Positions 36,485 through 46,252 of a stretch of DNA of 64,000 nucleotides are shown here, piece after piece. This DNA comes from Bacteroidota bacterium (GTDB lineage Bacteria > Bacteroidota > Ignavibacteria > UBA10030 > UBA8401): NCBI GenBank assembly GCA_040751955.1, contig JBFMFY010000001.1, positions 244 through 64,243 of the forward strand, written 5' to 3'. A model generated the notes under the pieces. That model saw only the letters and a program-made list of their open reading frames with translations, was not told the origin of the DNA and ran no database searches. The translations under genes were made by a program, and so were the position numbers. How positions within the stretch are numbered: position 1 is the first letter of the stretch; each line of letters begins with the position of its first letter.

Positions 36485-37921
36485 ATGTCTGTTCGAGTTC
36501 GATTCGCTCCAAGCCCAACCGGGTATCTTCACGTCGGAGGTCTTCGTACCGCTCTCTATAATTTCCTCTTTGCAAAAAAGCACAACGGCACATTCATCCT
36601 GCGCATTGAAGATACTGACCAATCGCGTAAAGTGGAAGGGGCGATGGAAAATTTAATTGCAACGCTGAAGTGGGCGGGAATTAATTTTGATGAAGGACCG
36701 GATAAAGATGGCAGCCACGGTCCGTACATCCAATCACAGCGACTGTCAATTTACAAAGAACATGCTGAACAACTGATAAAAAACGGAAAAGCGTATTACT
36801 GTTTTTGCACAGCAGAACGGCTGGAAGAGGTTCGCAAACAACAATCATTGCAAGGATTAGACCCGAAGTACGACGGACATTGTCGTACAATCACGATTGA
36901 TGAAGCAAGGAGGAGAATTCAATCGGGTGAATCGCACGTAGTGCGTATGCGCGTACCTGACGAAGGTGAAGTAAAATTCACGGACATGATTCGCGGTGAT
37001 GTCTCAATACAAAATAAAATTCTTGATGATCAGGTGTTGTTGAAATCGGATGGGTACCCGACGTACCATCTCGCCGTTGTGGTTGACGATCACCAGATGG
37101 AAATCAGTCATGTTGTCCGGGGTGAAGAATGGCTGCCGAGCACGCCAAAGCATGTTCTGCTGTATCAATATTTTGGATGGGATGTACCGAAGTTTGCACA
37201 TCTGCCGCTGCTGTTGAATCCTGACAAAAGCAAACTGAGCAAACGACAGGGAGATGTTGCGGTAGAAGATTACCGTTCCAAAGGATACTTGAAAGAGGCG
37301 CTGGTCAACTTTGTTGCATTACTTGGATGGAATCCGGGGGATGAACGGGAAATTTTTTCACTCGATGAATTGATCAAAGAATTCTCGTTTGAAAGAGTCG
37401 GAAAAGCGGGAGCTGTTTTCAATATTGAAAAACTTAACTGGATGAACCAGCAGCATATCAAATTGAAATCGACCGAAGAACTTTTGCCTCTCGTGAGACC
37501 TCTTATTCAGGAAAAAGGATGGAAAGTGCCGGATGCATATGTTCGGCAGGTTATAGGGCTGATGAAAGAGCGTGTTGTAGTCCTTGGTGATTTTGTCGGC
37601 GGATGCCCATATTTTTATCAAGATCCGACATTGTATGATGAAGCAGCACGTGCAAAGAACTGGAAACCGGAATCAGCTGAGCAGATAATGAAACTTGCCG
37701 GGAAATTTGAATCATTAACGCAATTCGACGCTGCGACAATTGAATCGGCACTCCGTTCCACTGCGGAGGAATTCAAAATAGGTGCTGGGAAATTGATTCA
37801 CCCGCTGCGCCTCGCTCTTTCGGGCGTTGCAAACGGTCCTTCGCTTTTTCATATGGCAGAAGTATTAGGGAAAGATGCCGTGCTGCGCCGGATCGGCAAT
37901 GCGATAGAACGGTTGCGATGA
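36485..37921 (+). CDS. gltX: Glutamyl-tRNA synthetase
   Basis: HIGH-type PSPTGYLHVGGLRTAL and KMSKS-type KLSKR motifs. Confidence 0.95.
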   Translation: MSVRVRFAPSPTGYLHVGGLRTALYNFLFAKKHNGTFILRIEDTDQSRKVEGAMENLIATLKWAGINFDEGPDKDGSHGPYIQSQRLSIYKEHAEQLIKNGKAYYCFCTAERLEEVRKQQSLQGLDPKYDGHCRTITIDEARRRIQSGESHVVRMRVPDEGEVKFTDMIRGDVSIQNKILDDQVLLKSDGYPTYHLAVVVDDHQMEISHVVRGEEWLPSTPKHVLLYQYFGWDVPKFAHLPLLLNPDKSKLSKRQGDVAVEDYRSKGYLKEALVNFVALLGWNPGDEREIFSLDELIKEFSFERVGKAGAVFNIEKLNWMNQQHIKLKSTEELLPLVRPLIQEKGWKVPDAYVRQVIGLMKERVVVLGDFVGGCPYFYQDPTLYDEAARAKNWKPESAEQIMKLAGKFESLTQFDAATIESALRSTAEEFKIGAGKLIHPLRLALSGVANGPSLFHMAEVLGKDAVLRRIGNAIERLR

Positions 37922-37969
37922 TACTGGTCTTAAAATTGATTCTCGCACAACCCTTCAATATATTCCTGT

Positions 37970-38341
37970 ATGAAATCACTCGACATCATCAAACTTCACA
38001 ATGCAGTCTTTTATGCCTACCACGGCGCGCTCAGCGATGAGCAAAACCTCGGCGGCAAATTTGAGATCGACGTAGAATTGCACTGCGATCTCACGAAAGC
38101 AAAACAGAGTGACAATCTGAATGAGACGGTGAATTATGAAAAAGTATATGCTCTGATGAAAAAAATCGTGACCGAAAAAAAGTATTATCTCATTGAAGCA
38201 CTGGCACATTCGATCGGCAAAGGAATTCTTCAAGCGTTCACACAGGTGCAGAAGACTGTCGTTCGTGTCCGCAAGCCGGGGGCGCCTGTTCATGGCGTCA
38301 TTGATTCAATCGAAGTGGTTATTGAAACGGAACGGGAATGA
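37970..38341 (+). CDS. folB: Dihydroneopterin aldolase
   Basis: 123 aa. FYAYHGALSDEQNLGGKFEIDVEL is typical of FolB. 4-nt overlap with folK. Confidence 0.88.
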   Translation: MKSLDIIKLHNAVFYAYHGALSDEQNLGGKFEIDVELHCDLTKAKQSDNLNETVNYEKVYALMKKIVTEKKYYLIEALAHSIGKGILQAFTQVQKTVVRVRKPGAPVHGVIDSIEVVIETERE

Positions 38342-38883
38342 GACACACAATTTATTTAGGGCTTGGCTCGAACGTCGGGGATAGGATTGAATTTCTTGCC
38401 GCCGCCATACGCGGGATTGCCGATTTTTCATGGACTGTTGTGGATGACGTCTCTGATGTTTTCGTCACTGAGCCGGTGGGAAATGTTCAACAACCCGATT
38501 TTCTCAACGTTTGCATTTCAGTGCGTACCGATCTCGATCATCTTACGTTCCATTCCAATATGAAAGATTTGGAGAAATCGATCGGACGCACAGAATCTGT
38601 CCGGTGGGGTCCGCGGGAGATCGATATCGATCTTTTGTTTTTTGATTCTGTGATCGTGACGCTGCCGGCACTTACGATTCCTCATAAAGAGATCCTTAAC
38701 CGTTTGTTCGTACTGCAGCCGCTGGCGCAGATTGCTCCGATGTTTTTGCATCCTGTTGCAGGGAAAACAATATCCGAACTGTTAAAGGCATCGAATGATG
38801 CTCATGGTATCGAACGTTCAGAACACTTCACTTCACAACTCTTGATGTTGATCAATGATTCAATTACACACCCGACCGTCTGA
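38338..38883 (+). CDS. folK: 2-amino-4-hydroxy-6-hydroxymethyldihydropteridine pyrophosphokinase
   Basis: IYLGLGSNVGDR N-terminus, RWGPREIDIDLL and IPH motifs. Confidence 0.9.
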   Translation: MRHTIYLGLGSNVGDRIEFLAAAIRGIADFSWTVVDDVSDVFVTEPVGNVQQPDFLNVCISVRTDLDHLTFHSNMKDLEKSIGRTESVRWGPREIDIDLLFFDSVIVTLPALTIPHKEILNRLFVLQPLAQIAPMFLHPVAGKTISELLKASNDAHGIERSEHFTSQLLMLINDSITHPTV

Positions 38884-39520
38884 CATTCGATATGTCGCCA
38901 TTGAAGGAGTTATCGGCGCAGGCAAAACGACGCTTGCGAAGATGCTTTCCGAACGGCTTGATGCAAAACTTGTATTGGAAAAGTTCGAAGAGAATCCCTT
39001 TCTGCCGAAATTCTACGAAGACCCGGAACATTATGCATTTCAGACTCAGATTTTCTTTCTTCTATCCCGCTATAAGCAGCAGCAGGAATTATTTCAAGGG
39101 GATCTGTTCCATAATGTTTTGATATCGGATTATATTTTCGATAAGGATAAAATCTTTGCGTACCTGACGCTGCAGGATGACGAATTAAAACTGTATGAGA
39201 CGCTGATCGGCACCATTGAAAAAAATATTCCGACACCCGATCTTGTCGTTTACCTGCAGTCCAGTGTCGAACGGTTGATGACGAATATCAAGCGGCGCGG
39301 CAGATCATACGAGGAGAATATGTCGGAGGAGTACATCAAGGATTTGAATGAAGCGTACAACTATTTCTTCTTCCGGTACAAATCTGCGCCGCTGCTGATC
39401 ATCAATTCAACCGAGATTGATTTTGTGAACGATCCGCAAGACTTCGAGGATTTGCTTCAACAGATACTTCGCACCGATAAAGCGCCCGTTGAATATTACA
39501 ATCCAAAATCAAAAAAGTAA
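38855..39520 (+). CDS. Deoxynucleoside kinase
   Basis: P-loop IEGVIGAGKTTLAKML and dNK-family spacing. 29-nt overlap with folK. Confidence 0.85.
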   Translation: MIQLHTRPSDIRYVAIEGVIGAGKTTLAKMLSERLDAKLVLEKFEENPFLPKFYEDPEHYAFQTQIFFLLSRYKQQQELFQGDLFHNVLISDYIFDKDKIFAYLTLQDDELKLYETLIGTIEKNIPTPDLVVYLQSSVERLMTNIKRRGRSYEENMSEEYIKDLNEAYNYFFFRYKSAPLLIINSTEIDFVNDPQDFEDLLQQILRTDKAPVEYYNPKSKK

Positions 39521-39554
39521 GGCATGAGCATTAACTTGCCGGGAAAATTGATTT

Positions 39555-39746
39555 ATGCTCCTTCGTTTCATACTCTGGATGATCATCGTTTTCATTGCAG
39601 CAAAAATTATCGGCAGTACGCTTCGGTACTTGCGACGTCTTGCAACTCCCAATCGTCACATCAAAGACCAACGACACGAAACAAAAGTAGATGAGTATAA
39701 GGATGTGGAAGATGTTCCGTATGAAGATATCTCCGATAAGAAATGA
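39555..39746 (+). CDS. Small single-pass membrane protein with a charged tail, function unknown
   Basis: 63 aa, one TM segment (FILWMIIVFIAAKIIG). The stop overlaps the next gene's start (ATGA). Confidence 0.4.
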   Translation: MLLRFILWMIIVFIAAKIIGSTLRYLRRLATPNRHIKDQRHETKVDEYKDVEDVPYEDISDKK

Positions 39747-40879
39747 CATCAATGCGCACGCTTGAAATCTGGTCAAAAAAAATACTCATCGGCATCGTCG
39801 GAACGTTCCGTTCTTCCAGAAGGATTTCTCCAAATCAAATTCCCCTGCAGCGGCTCAAACGGATTCTGATCGTCAAGCAGCACGATCAACTCGGCGACCT
39901 TGTAGTGACAACGCCTGCGATCAGGGCATTACGGAAGAAGTTTCCCCATTCTCACATTGCAATTGTTGTGCGGGAGTACACAGCACCTATGATCTGGGAG
40001 AATCCGAACATCGATTCGGTGATAGTCTTCTATGAAAAATTGAACCGATGGAATTGGCAAAAATTCAGATCGTTCTGGGATCAATTGCGGGGAAACGGGG
40101 GCTTCGATTGCGCGATTATGTTCAATTCCGTTTCTCGTTCCTTGTCGTCAGATATAATTGCGGTTGCAAGCAAAGCCAAAATCATTATCGGTCCCAATCA
40201 TATCGCTCTCGATCCCGAAATCCCCGAAAACATTTATAATGTGTTGACTCCACGATCACGGAAACCACAGCACGAATCGGAACATTACCTCGATATCGTC
40301 CGGGCGTTGGGTGTGCCGCCCGATGGATTGGAATACGACCTGCTGTTGACCGGAGAGGAAGAGGCGGAAGCGGAAAAAGTACTTTATGAATTGGGAACCC
40401 AATCGGCGAAACTACTTATCGGTGTACACTTCGGCGCTCTGAACAAAGAAAAACGATATCCGCTGGAAAAATTAGCGAAAGTAATCGAGTGGATCAAATC
40501 AAATTATCATTGTGAAATTCTCTTGATTCCCGGACCGAACGAGATGCATCACCATGATAATCTGATATCGCATATCAAAAATGCGGAAGTAAGGTCAGTA
40601 CCGGTTCAGCAATTGAGAATATCATGTGCCGTAATCGCAAAATTGAATTTGCTGCTTTGTAACGACACCGGCACACTGCACATTGCTTCTGCGCTGAGAG
40701 TTCCCACCATTTCATTTCACAGCATCAGCGACCCGGCACAATGGAAACCGCCGCATGAACGTCATATTGGTCTTCGTACAGATGATAAAAAAATTACGTC
40801 CATTACAGTAGAGATGGTGACCGCCGCTATTCAACAGCAATTGCAGAAAGCGGGTTTCCTTGAAAAAGAATACACGTGA
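39743..40879 (+). CDS. Glycosyltransferase family 9 (LPS heptosyltransferase-like)
   Basis: ILIVKQHDQLGDLVVTTPAIRALRKKFP N-terminal motif and C-terminal NDTGTLHIASAL. Confidence 0.85.
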   Translation: MTSMRTLEIWSKKILIGIVGTFRSSRRISPNQIPLQRLKRILIVKQHDQLGDLVVTTPAIRALRKKFPHSHIAIVVREYTAPMIWENPNIDSVIVFYEKLNRWNWQKFRSFWDQLRGNGGFDCAIMFNSVSRSLSSDIIAVASKAKIIIGPNHIALDPEIPENIYNVLTPRSRKPQHESEHYLDIVRALGVPPDGLEYDLLLTGEEEAEAEKVLYELGTQSAKLLIGVHFGALNKEKRYPLEKLAKVIEWIKSNYHCEILLIPGPNEMHHHDNLISHIKNAEVRSVPVQQLRISCAVIAKLNLLLCNDTGTLHIASALRVPTISFHSISDPAQWKPPHERHIGLRTDDKKITSITVEMVTAAIQQQLQKAGFLEKEYT

Positions 40880-40944
40880 CAGGATCATTCGCTTTGCCTG
40901 CTGCAACTTGTTAATCACTCGAAACATCCGTACTTTTCATAAGT

Positions 40945-41904
40945 ATGGAAACAGTAATTGAGAAAAAGAGACCCTCAGCAATTCCAGTGAATCTTGAAGA
41001 AGAAATTCTTCGACTTAAAAAAGAATTAAACGCGGTCATCCTTGCACATTATTATCAAGAGTCCCAGATTCAGGATCTTGCTGACTTTGTAGGAGACAGT
41101 CTCGATCTGTCACGGAAAGCCGCTTCGACAACAGCTGATGTGATCGTTTTTTGCGGAGTGCATTTCATGGCGGAGACAGCGAAGATCCTCAATCCGCATA
41201 AACCCGTTCTTCTTCCCGATCTGCTTGCCGGGTGTTCATTATCGGACGGATGTCCTCCGAAGTTGTTCGAGAAATTCCGCAAACAGCATCCCGAGCATGT
41301 GGCGATCACCTACATTAACTGCAGTGCCGAAGTAAAAGCGTTGAGCGACATTATCTGCACATCCAGCAACGCCGAAAAAATCATCAATCAAATCCCAAGA
41401 GATCAGCCGATTCTTTTTTCTCCCGACAAAAATCTCGGCGCATACCTTCAAAAGAAAACCGGCAGGGAGATGCTGCTGTGGAACGGCAGTTGCATCGTTC
41501 ACGAAACATTCAGCGAGCGGAAACTGATCGGATTGCAACTGGAACATCCCGATGCTGAATTAATCGCGCATCCAGAATGTGAAGATATTATCCTGCAAAA
41601 GGCATCGTATATCGGCTCAACCAGTATGTTGTTGAAGCATGTGCAGAATTCGCCCCGCACGAAGTTTATAGTTGCAACCGAAGCAGGCATTATTCATCAG
41701 ATGGAAAAATCGACTGTGGGGAAACAATTCATTCCGCTTCCGCCTGACGCAAGTTGTTCCTGCAACGAGTGCCCGCACATGAAGCGGAACACAATGGAGA
41801 AATTATATCTCTGCATGAAGAATATGAACCCGCAGATAGAAATGAGTTCCGATCTTCTGAAGCGCGCCCGTACACCAATCGAGAGAATGCTGGCGATGAG
41901 TTGA
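40945..41904 (+). CDS. nadA: Quinolinate synthase
   Basis: 319 aa NadA-type sequence ([28 protein letters not shown]). Confidence 0.93.
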   Translation: METVIEKKRPSAIPVNLEEEILRLKKELNAVILAHYYQESQIQDLADFVGDSLDLSRKAASTTADVIVFCGVHFMAETAKILNPHKPVLLPDLLAGCSLSDGCPPKLFEKFRKQHPEHVAITYINCSAEVKALSDIICTSSNAEKIINQIPRDQPILFSPDKNLGAYLQKKTGREMLLWNGSCIVHETFSERKLIGLQLEHPDAELIAHPECEDIILQKASYIGSTSMLLKHVQNSPRTKFIVATEAGIIHQMEKSTVGKQFIPLPPDASCSCNECPHMKRNTMEKLYLCMKNMNPQIEMSSDLLKRARTPIERMLAMS

Positions 41905-41929
41905 TCAAACCAACACGAATGATACCGCT

Positions 41930-44095
41930 ATGAGAAAATATTTTATCTCCCTTCTCGTTTTCTCCTTTGCCCAAGTCCTCTTTTCTCAATGGAACTATCT
42001 TCAGATTCAGCATCCCCAGCAAACTTGGCGATACGGTCAGGGTACAATTGATCAGGCAGTCATATCGATAAAACCGAAGGGGAATTATCAACAGTACGAT
42101 CTGTATCTCACACTTTCAGCAAAAGATCTCGGCTTCACATCATCGGACAGTGTTGAAGTACAAATGGATTTCAGTCTGCCGAAGGAAGCAATCGTCAACG
42201 ATTTGTGGCTATGGATAGACGATGTTACTATCATGCGCGGAATTATTCTTGACCGATGGACTGCATCGAACATTTATGAGAATATCGTAAAGCGGCGGAG
42301 AGATCCGGCATTGCTGATGAAAAATTCTTCAGTTCAGTATTCTCTTCGAATCTATCCGATGCAAGGCAATAAATCGCGCAAGGTGAAGATCACATATTTG
42401 CTGCCGATGGCATTTTCGGGATCGAATGCACAAACACCGATCCCGACAAATATTCTACGGCTGTCGAAAACTACATTGCCAAAAGTAACTACTCTCTTTT
42501 GGAACACACCGGAATTTTCCAGCCCGAGGTTCAATGAACTTGCAACCGGATTTGAAGCAAATCCTCGATTGGATGCCGAGACGGGAAAAAATTATTACTA
42601 TGGAGAAATTTCCGGCTCTGCACTGCAAGGGAATGTGACATTTTCCGCGACAACAAAAAACCAATCGGTATTATTGGGACGATACTCAAAACCTGACAAA
42701 GCGGATGAAGGATATTTCCTGCTCTCATTCAACCCGTCGAATATCTTCAGCATCAACACAGAGCAAAAGATCACATTCCTTTTTGAATTCGATGAATCGA
42801 AATCCGCCTATTCTACTCTCAGTCTGATCAATAATCTTAAATCGTTCATGTCATCGAATTTTACCAAGAAGGATTCATTCAATTTTATTTTCTCCGGCGC
42901 GCAAATAAAAAGGATGAAGCCGAGCGGTTGGTACGGAGGCGATTCGGCGACGATAGAAAATGTGTTCAATGCGATCACACAGAACATGCTGCAGAATGCG
43001 AACAACATGCAGGCACTTATTACTGACGGCATTGATTTTATCAGATCGAATGGAAACAACGGCGCATTGTGGCTTATCGCAGGAACCGATGCATACAATC
43101 ATCATTCCGTTGCCAATCCTGCGATCGCTTCGATCACAACACTGCTGAAGCCCAACATTCCGATTTTTGTAACGGATATAAGCAACTGGTCTGTTGTCTA
43201 TTCATATTTCAATAGTAAGTATTACTATGGTAACGACTATTTCTATGAGAATCTGACACGACTCACCGGCAGCGTTTTTGTATCATACAGACAGAACCCT
43301 GTGTTGCAGTCCAATTTGTCCGCTGTGTTCGATCAGATCAGAGGAACAATTCAATCGTTCGATCTTATCACAAGGATCGAAGGAGGATTCTGCTCAAACA
43401 GATTCACGAATATTTCGACAACTTCAAGCGATATTCCAATTGACAGGACGATTACTCAGGTTGGACGCTTCAATGGTTCATTCCCGTTTGTGTTGGAAAT
43501 AGCAGGGATATACAAAGGAACAACGCTGACGACCAAAGTCACGATCCACGATTCATCTGTTGTCAATGTCGACAATTCGCTGGAAACAATCTGGGCGGGG
43601 AATCAAATACTTGCGTTGGAATCTCTTCCGGAAAATAACAACAACACCAAGACGATTCTTGACGCTAGTTTGACATACAGGGTCTTGAGCAGATATTCAA
43701 CATTCCTTGCACTCGAACCGAGCGATACACTGCCGGCGTGCACGACGTGCCGTGATGAATCGAAACTTGTTTCTGTCGGAAACAGAAAAAATCCACTGAT
43801 ACCGAACAATGATTCGCTCCTCTACGCGTATCCTAATCCGTTTAATCCGGAAACAAAGTTGAAAATGAGACTCCCGAAAGGTGTGAACCCCGCTTCAGCA
43901 ACATTTCAGATATTCAATGTGCTTGGACAACGAGTGAAATCGTTCGATATCTCTTCGCTCACCAGCGAATCATTCACGGAGATCGTTTGGAACGGAGAAT
44001 CTGATGCAGGAGTCAAAGTTACCAGCGGTGTTTATTTTGCAGTGTTATCAACACCGGTAAAAAGAACTTCTCTTAAATTGCTCATGATGAAATAA
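41930..44095 (+). CDS. Secreted VIT-like / vWA-like domain protein with a T9SS CTD
   Basis: The N-terminal region resembles a VIT domain (DLWLWIDDVTIMRGIILDRWTASNIYENIVKRRRDPALL...YSLRIYPMQGNKSRKVKITYLLP). CTD LLYAYPNPFNPETKLKM...LKLLMMK. Confidence 0.5.
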   Translation: MRKYFISLLVFSFAQVLFSQWNYLQIQHPQQTWRYGQGTIDQAVISIKPKGNYQQYDLYLTLSAKDLGFTSSDSVEVQMDFSLPKEAIVNDLWLWIDDVTIMRGIILDRWTASNIYENIVKRRRDPALLMKNSSVQYSLRIYPMQGNKSRKVKITYLLPMAFSGSNAQTPIPTNILRLSKTTLPKVTTLFWNTPEFSSPRFNELATGFEANPRLDAETGKNYYYGEISGSALQGNVTFSATTKNQSVLLGRYSKPDKADEGYFLLSFNPSNIFSINTEQKITFLFEFDESKSAYSTLSLINNLKSFMSSNFTKKDSFNFIFSGAQIKRMKPSGWYGGDSATIENVFNAITQNMLQNANNMQALITDGIDFIRSNGNNGALWLIAGTDAYNHHSVANPAIASITTLLKPNIPIFVTDISNWSVVYSYFNSKYYYGNDYFYENLTRLTGSVFVSYRQNPVLQSNLSAVFDQIRGTIQSFDLITRIEGGFCSNRFTNISTTSSDIPIDRTITQVGRFNGSFPFVLEIAGIYKGTTLTTKVTIHDSSVVNVDNSLETIWAGNQILALESLPENNNNTKTILDASLTYRVLSRYSTFLALEPSDTLPACTTCRDESKLVSVGNRKNPLIPNNDSLLYAYPNPFNPETKLKMRLPKGVNPASATFQIFNVLGQRVKSFDISSLTSESFTEIVWNGESDAGVKVTSGVYFAVLSTPVKRTSLKLLMMK

Positions 44096-44110
44096 GGCGT
44101 TGGTGGAAAG

Positions 44111-44140
44111 AAATCCCGTCTCGTGCGGGATTTTTCATTT
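44111..44140 (+). terminator. Rho-independent terminator
   Basis: AAATCCCG / CGGGATTT with a 7-nt loop, followed by tttcattttt. Confidence 0.8.
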
Positions 44141-44194
44141 TTGAGGAGGAGGAATTGTTTTGTATATTTTCCCATCGAACATGTAACTTAGCCG

Positions 44195-44225
44195 GGTGAC
44201 CGTTGCTTACGAAGTGACGGTCACC
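44195..44225 (+). promoter_or_regulatory. Perfect 9-bp stem hairpin in the asnS leader
   Basis: GGTGACCGT (44195-44203) / ACGGTCACC (44217-44225), ending 28 nt before the asnS ATG. Confidence 0.3.
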
Positions 44226-44253
44226 TGTATTATAAAAAAATTGAAGGAACAGA

Positions 44254-45552
44254 ATGGCTACAAAAGTATATATCGAGGATCTGTCGAAACATGTCGGAGA
44301 AAACATTACGCTGCAAGGATGGCTGTACAATGCACGTTCAAGCGGGAAGATAAAATTCTTATTGTTACGTGACGGAACAGGCGTCTGTCAGGGCGTCGTC
44401 GTCAAAGCGGTAGTCGGTGAAGAAATATTCAACCGCTGCGATCAACTGACGCAGGAATCGTCATTTAAGATGTCCGGAACCGTGCGTGCCGAGCAGCGCG
44501 CTCCCGGCGGATATGAAATGGATGTCACAAACATCGAAATCATTTCTATCGCAAAAGAATATCCGATCACGCCCAAAGAGCATGGCGTAGAATTTCTTGC
44601 TGACCGCCGTCATTTGTGGCTCCGTTCGTCACGACAGCATGCGATTATGCGCGTGCGTCACGAGATCATCCGCTCAATCCGGGAATTCTTTGACGGACGG
44701 GGATTCACGCTGCTGGATGCGCCAATTTTTACTCCGGCTGCGTGCGAAGGTACCTCGACATTATTTGAGACGGAATATTTTGATCTCGGGAAGGCATACC
44801 TGACGCAGTCAGGTCAATTGTACGGCGAAGCGGGAGCGATGGCGCTGGGAAAGGTCTATGTCTTCGGTCCGACGTTCAGAGCTGAAAAATCGAAAACACG
44901 CCGTCATCTCACCGAATTCTGGATGGTGGAACCGGAAGTTGCATTTAATGATCTGAACGACAATATGGATCTTGCGGAAGATTTTTTAGAGCACATCGTA
45001 ACCAACGTGTTGAAAAACCGTATGCCGGAATTGAAAACGCTGGAACGCAACGTAAAATTTCTTGAGAATGTGAAAAAACCGCTCCCGAGAATTACATACG
45101 ATGAAGCGGTGGAAATTTTGCATTCAAAAGGATTGCCGTTTGAATGGGGAAACGATCTCGGCGGAACAGATGAGACGGTCATCTCCGAACAGTTCGACCG
45201 TCCCGTGATGGTGCATCGGTATCCCGCAGCAGTCAAGGCATTTTACATGAAGCGCGATCCGAAGAACGAAAAACTTGCGCTCGCCGTTGATGTGCTCGCT
45301 CCTGAGGGATACGGAGAAATTATCGGCGGCAGCCAGCGCGAAGATGATTACGACACCCTTCTTGCACGATTAAAAGAACATGATCTTCCGCAGGAAGCGT
45401 TCGAATGGTATCTTGATTTGCGTCGATTCGGTTCTGTTCCTCATGCTGGTTTTGGTTTGGGAATTGAAAGAACAGTTTCGTGGATTTGCGGACTTGATCA
45501 TGTGCGCGAAACGATACCGTTCCCGAGAATGATTTATCGTTTGACCCCGTAA
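44254..45552 (+). CDS. asnS: Asparaginyl-tRNA synthetase
   Basis: 432 aa class IIb synthetase ([34 protein letters not shown]). Confidence 0.94.
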   Translation: MATKVYIEDLSKHVGENITLQGWLYNARSSGKIKFLLLRDGTGVCQGVVVKAVVGEEIFNRCDQLTQESSFKMSGTVRAEQRAPGGYEMDVTNIEIISIAKEYPITPKEHGVEFLADRRHLWLRSSRQHAIMRVRHEIIRSIREFFDGRGFTLLDAPIFTPAACEGTSTLFETEYFDLGKAYLTQSGQLYGEAGAMALGKVYVFGPTFRAEKSKTRRHLTEFWMVEPEVAFNDLNDNMDLAEDFLEHIVTNVLKNRMPELKTLERNVKFLENVKKPLPRITYDEAVEILHSKGLPFEWGNDLGGTDETVISEQFDRPVMVHRYPAAVKAFYMKRDPKNEKLALAVDVLAPEGYGEIIGGSQREDDYDTLLARLKEHDLPQEAFEWYLDLRRFGSVPHAGFGLGIERTVSWICGLDHVRETIPFPRMIYRLTP

Positions 45553-45569
45553 CAGAGACGGCGGCAACT

Positions 45570-45660
45570 GAGTCGTTGAGTAGTTGAGATTTGATTATTC
45601 AACGTCAGAAATGAACTTAAATAATCTCAACTACTTATATACTCAACTACTCAAATACTC
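45570..45660. repeat. Palindromic word-repeat element, copy A ([GTnGTTGAG]x2 - spacer - [CTCAACTAC]x2)
   Basis: GAGTAGTTGAG (45578-45588) is complementary to CTCAACTACTC (45642-45652). An extra CTCAACTAC lies at 45626-45634. The element ends 2 nt before the dinB-family ATG. Confidence 0.7.
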
Positions 45661-45661
45661 C

Positions 45662-46162
45662 ATGGAAACTTCCCAACAATACGTCGAACGGCTTCTCGGA
45701 TACCTCGGCGAGAAAGATCAGTTCAAAGTGCTTTCTTCCACTGTTAACAAGATCCGGAAACTTGTGAAGAAGGCAAAGAGGAAAAATCTCTATAAGAAAC
45801 CGGAGTCCAACAAATGGTCCGTGGCTGAAATTGTTGCTCATCTCGCTGAGACCGAACTGGTAATGGGTTGGAGGTATCGTTCGATTGCGGAAAAGAATGA
45901 AGTGCGCATTCAATCATTTGAGCAGGATGATTGGGCGAAAAATTCCCGCTATGAAAAAAGTGATGTTTTTGAGATGCTCGATCTGTTTGAAACACTGAGA
46001 AATGCAAATCTTGCATTTGTGAAAGGACTGCCGAAAGAAAAACTGGAGAACTTCGGCATGCACGAAGAACGGGGAAAGGAAACGATCCTTCACATCACAC
46101 GGTTGGAAGCAGGGCACGATCTCAATCACTTGATGCAGATAGAAAGAATCTTGGAGAGGTAG
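45662..46162 (+). CDS. DinB-family (DinB_2) metal-dependent protein
   Basis: WSVAEIVAHLAETELVMGWRY and a C-terminal GHDLNH motif. Start moved to the ATG at 45662 because the track's upstream extension is translated repeat sequence. Confidence 0.75.
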   Translation: METSQQYVERLLGYLGEKDQFKVLSSTVNKIRKLVKKAKRKNLYKKPESNKWSVAEIVAHLAETELVMGWRYRSIAEKNEVRIQSFEQDDWAKNSRYEKSDVFEMLDLFETLRNANLAFVKGLPKEKLENFGMHEERGKETILHITRLEAGHDLNHLMQIERILER

Positions 46163-46252
46163 TTGAGTCGATGTGTAGTTGAGCAAATAAGTATATCGTT
46201 TGCCCAACTGCATTTTCTCAACTACTCAAATACTGTATACTCAACTACTCAA
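46159..46252. repeat. Palindromic word-repeat element, copy B
   Basis: GTAGTTGAG at 46159-46167 and 46175-46183. CTCAACTAC at 46217-46225 and 46240-46248. Shares the exact 18-mer CTCAACTACTCAAATACT (46217-46234) with copy A (45642-45659). The ABC gene ATG at 46252 abuts the last repeat. Confidence 0.7.

Noticed and set aside
45570-46252. Possibility that the repeated words (GTAGTTGAG / CTCAACTAC, TACCAATAAC, AATCTTGTAATTTT) are a CRISPR array or MITE termini
   Set aside because: There is no regular repeat-spacer periodicity and there are at most 2-4 short units per site. There are no cas genes, no transposase and no target-site duplications that I can define. They are reported as spacer word repeats instead.
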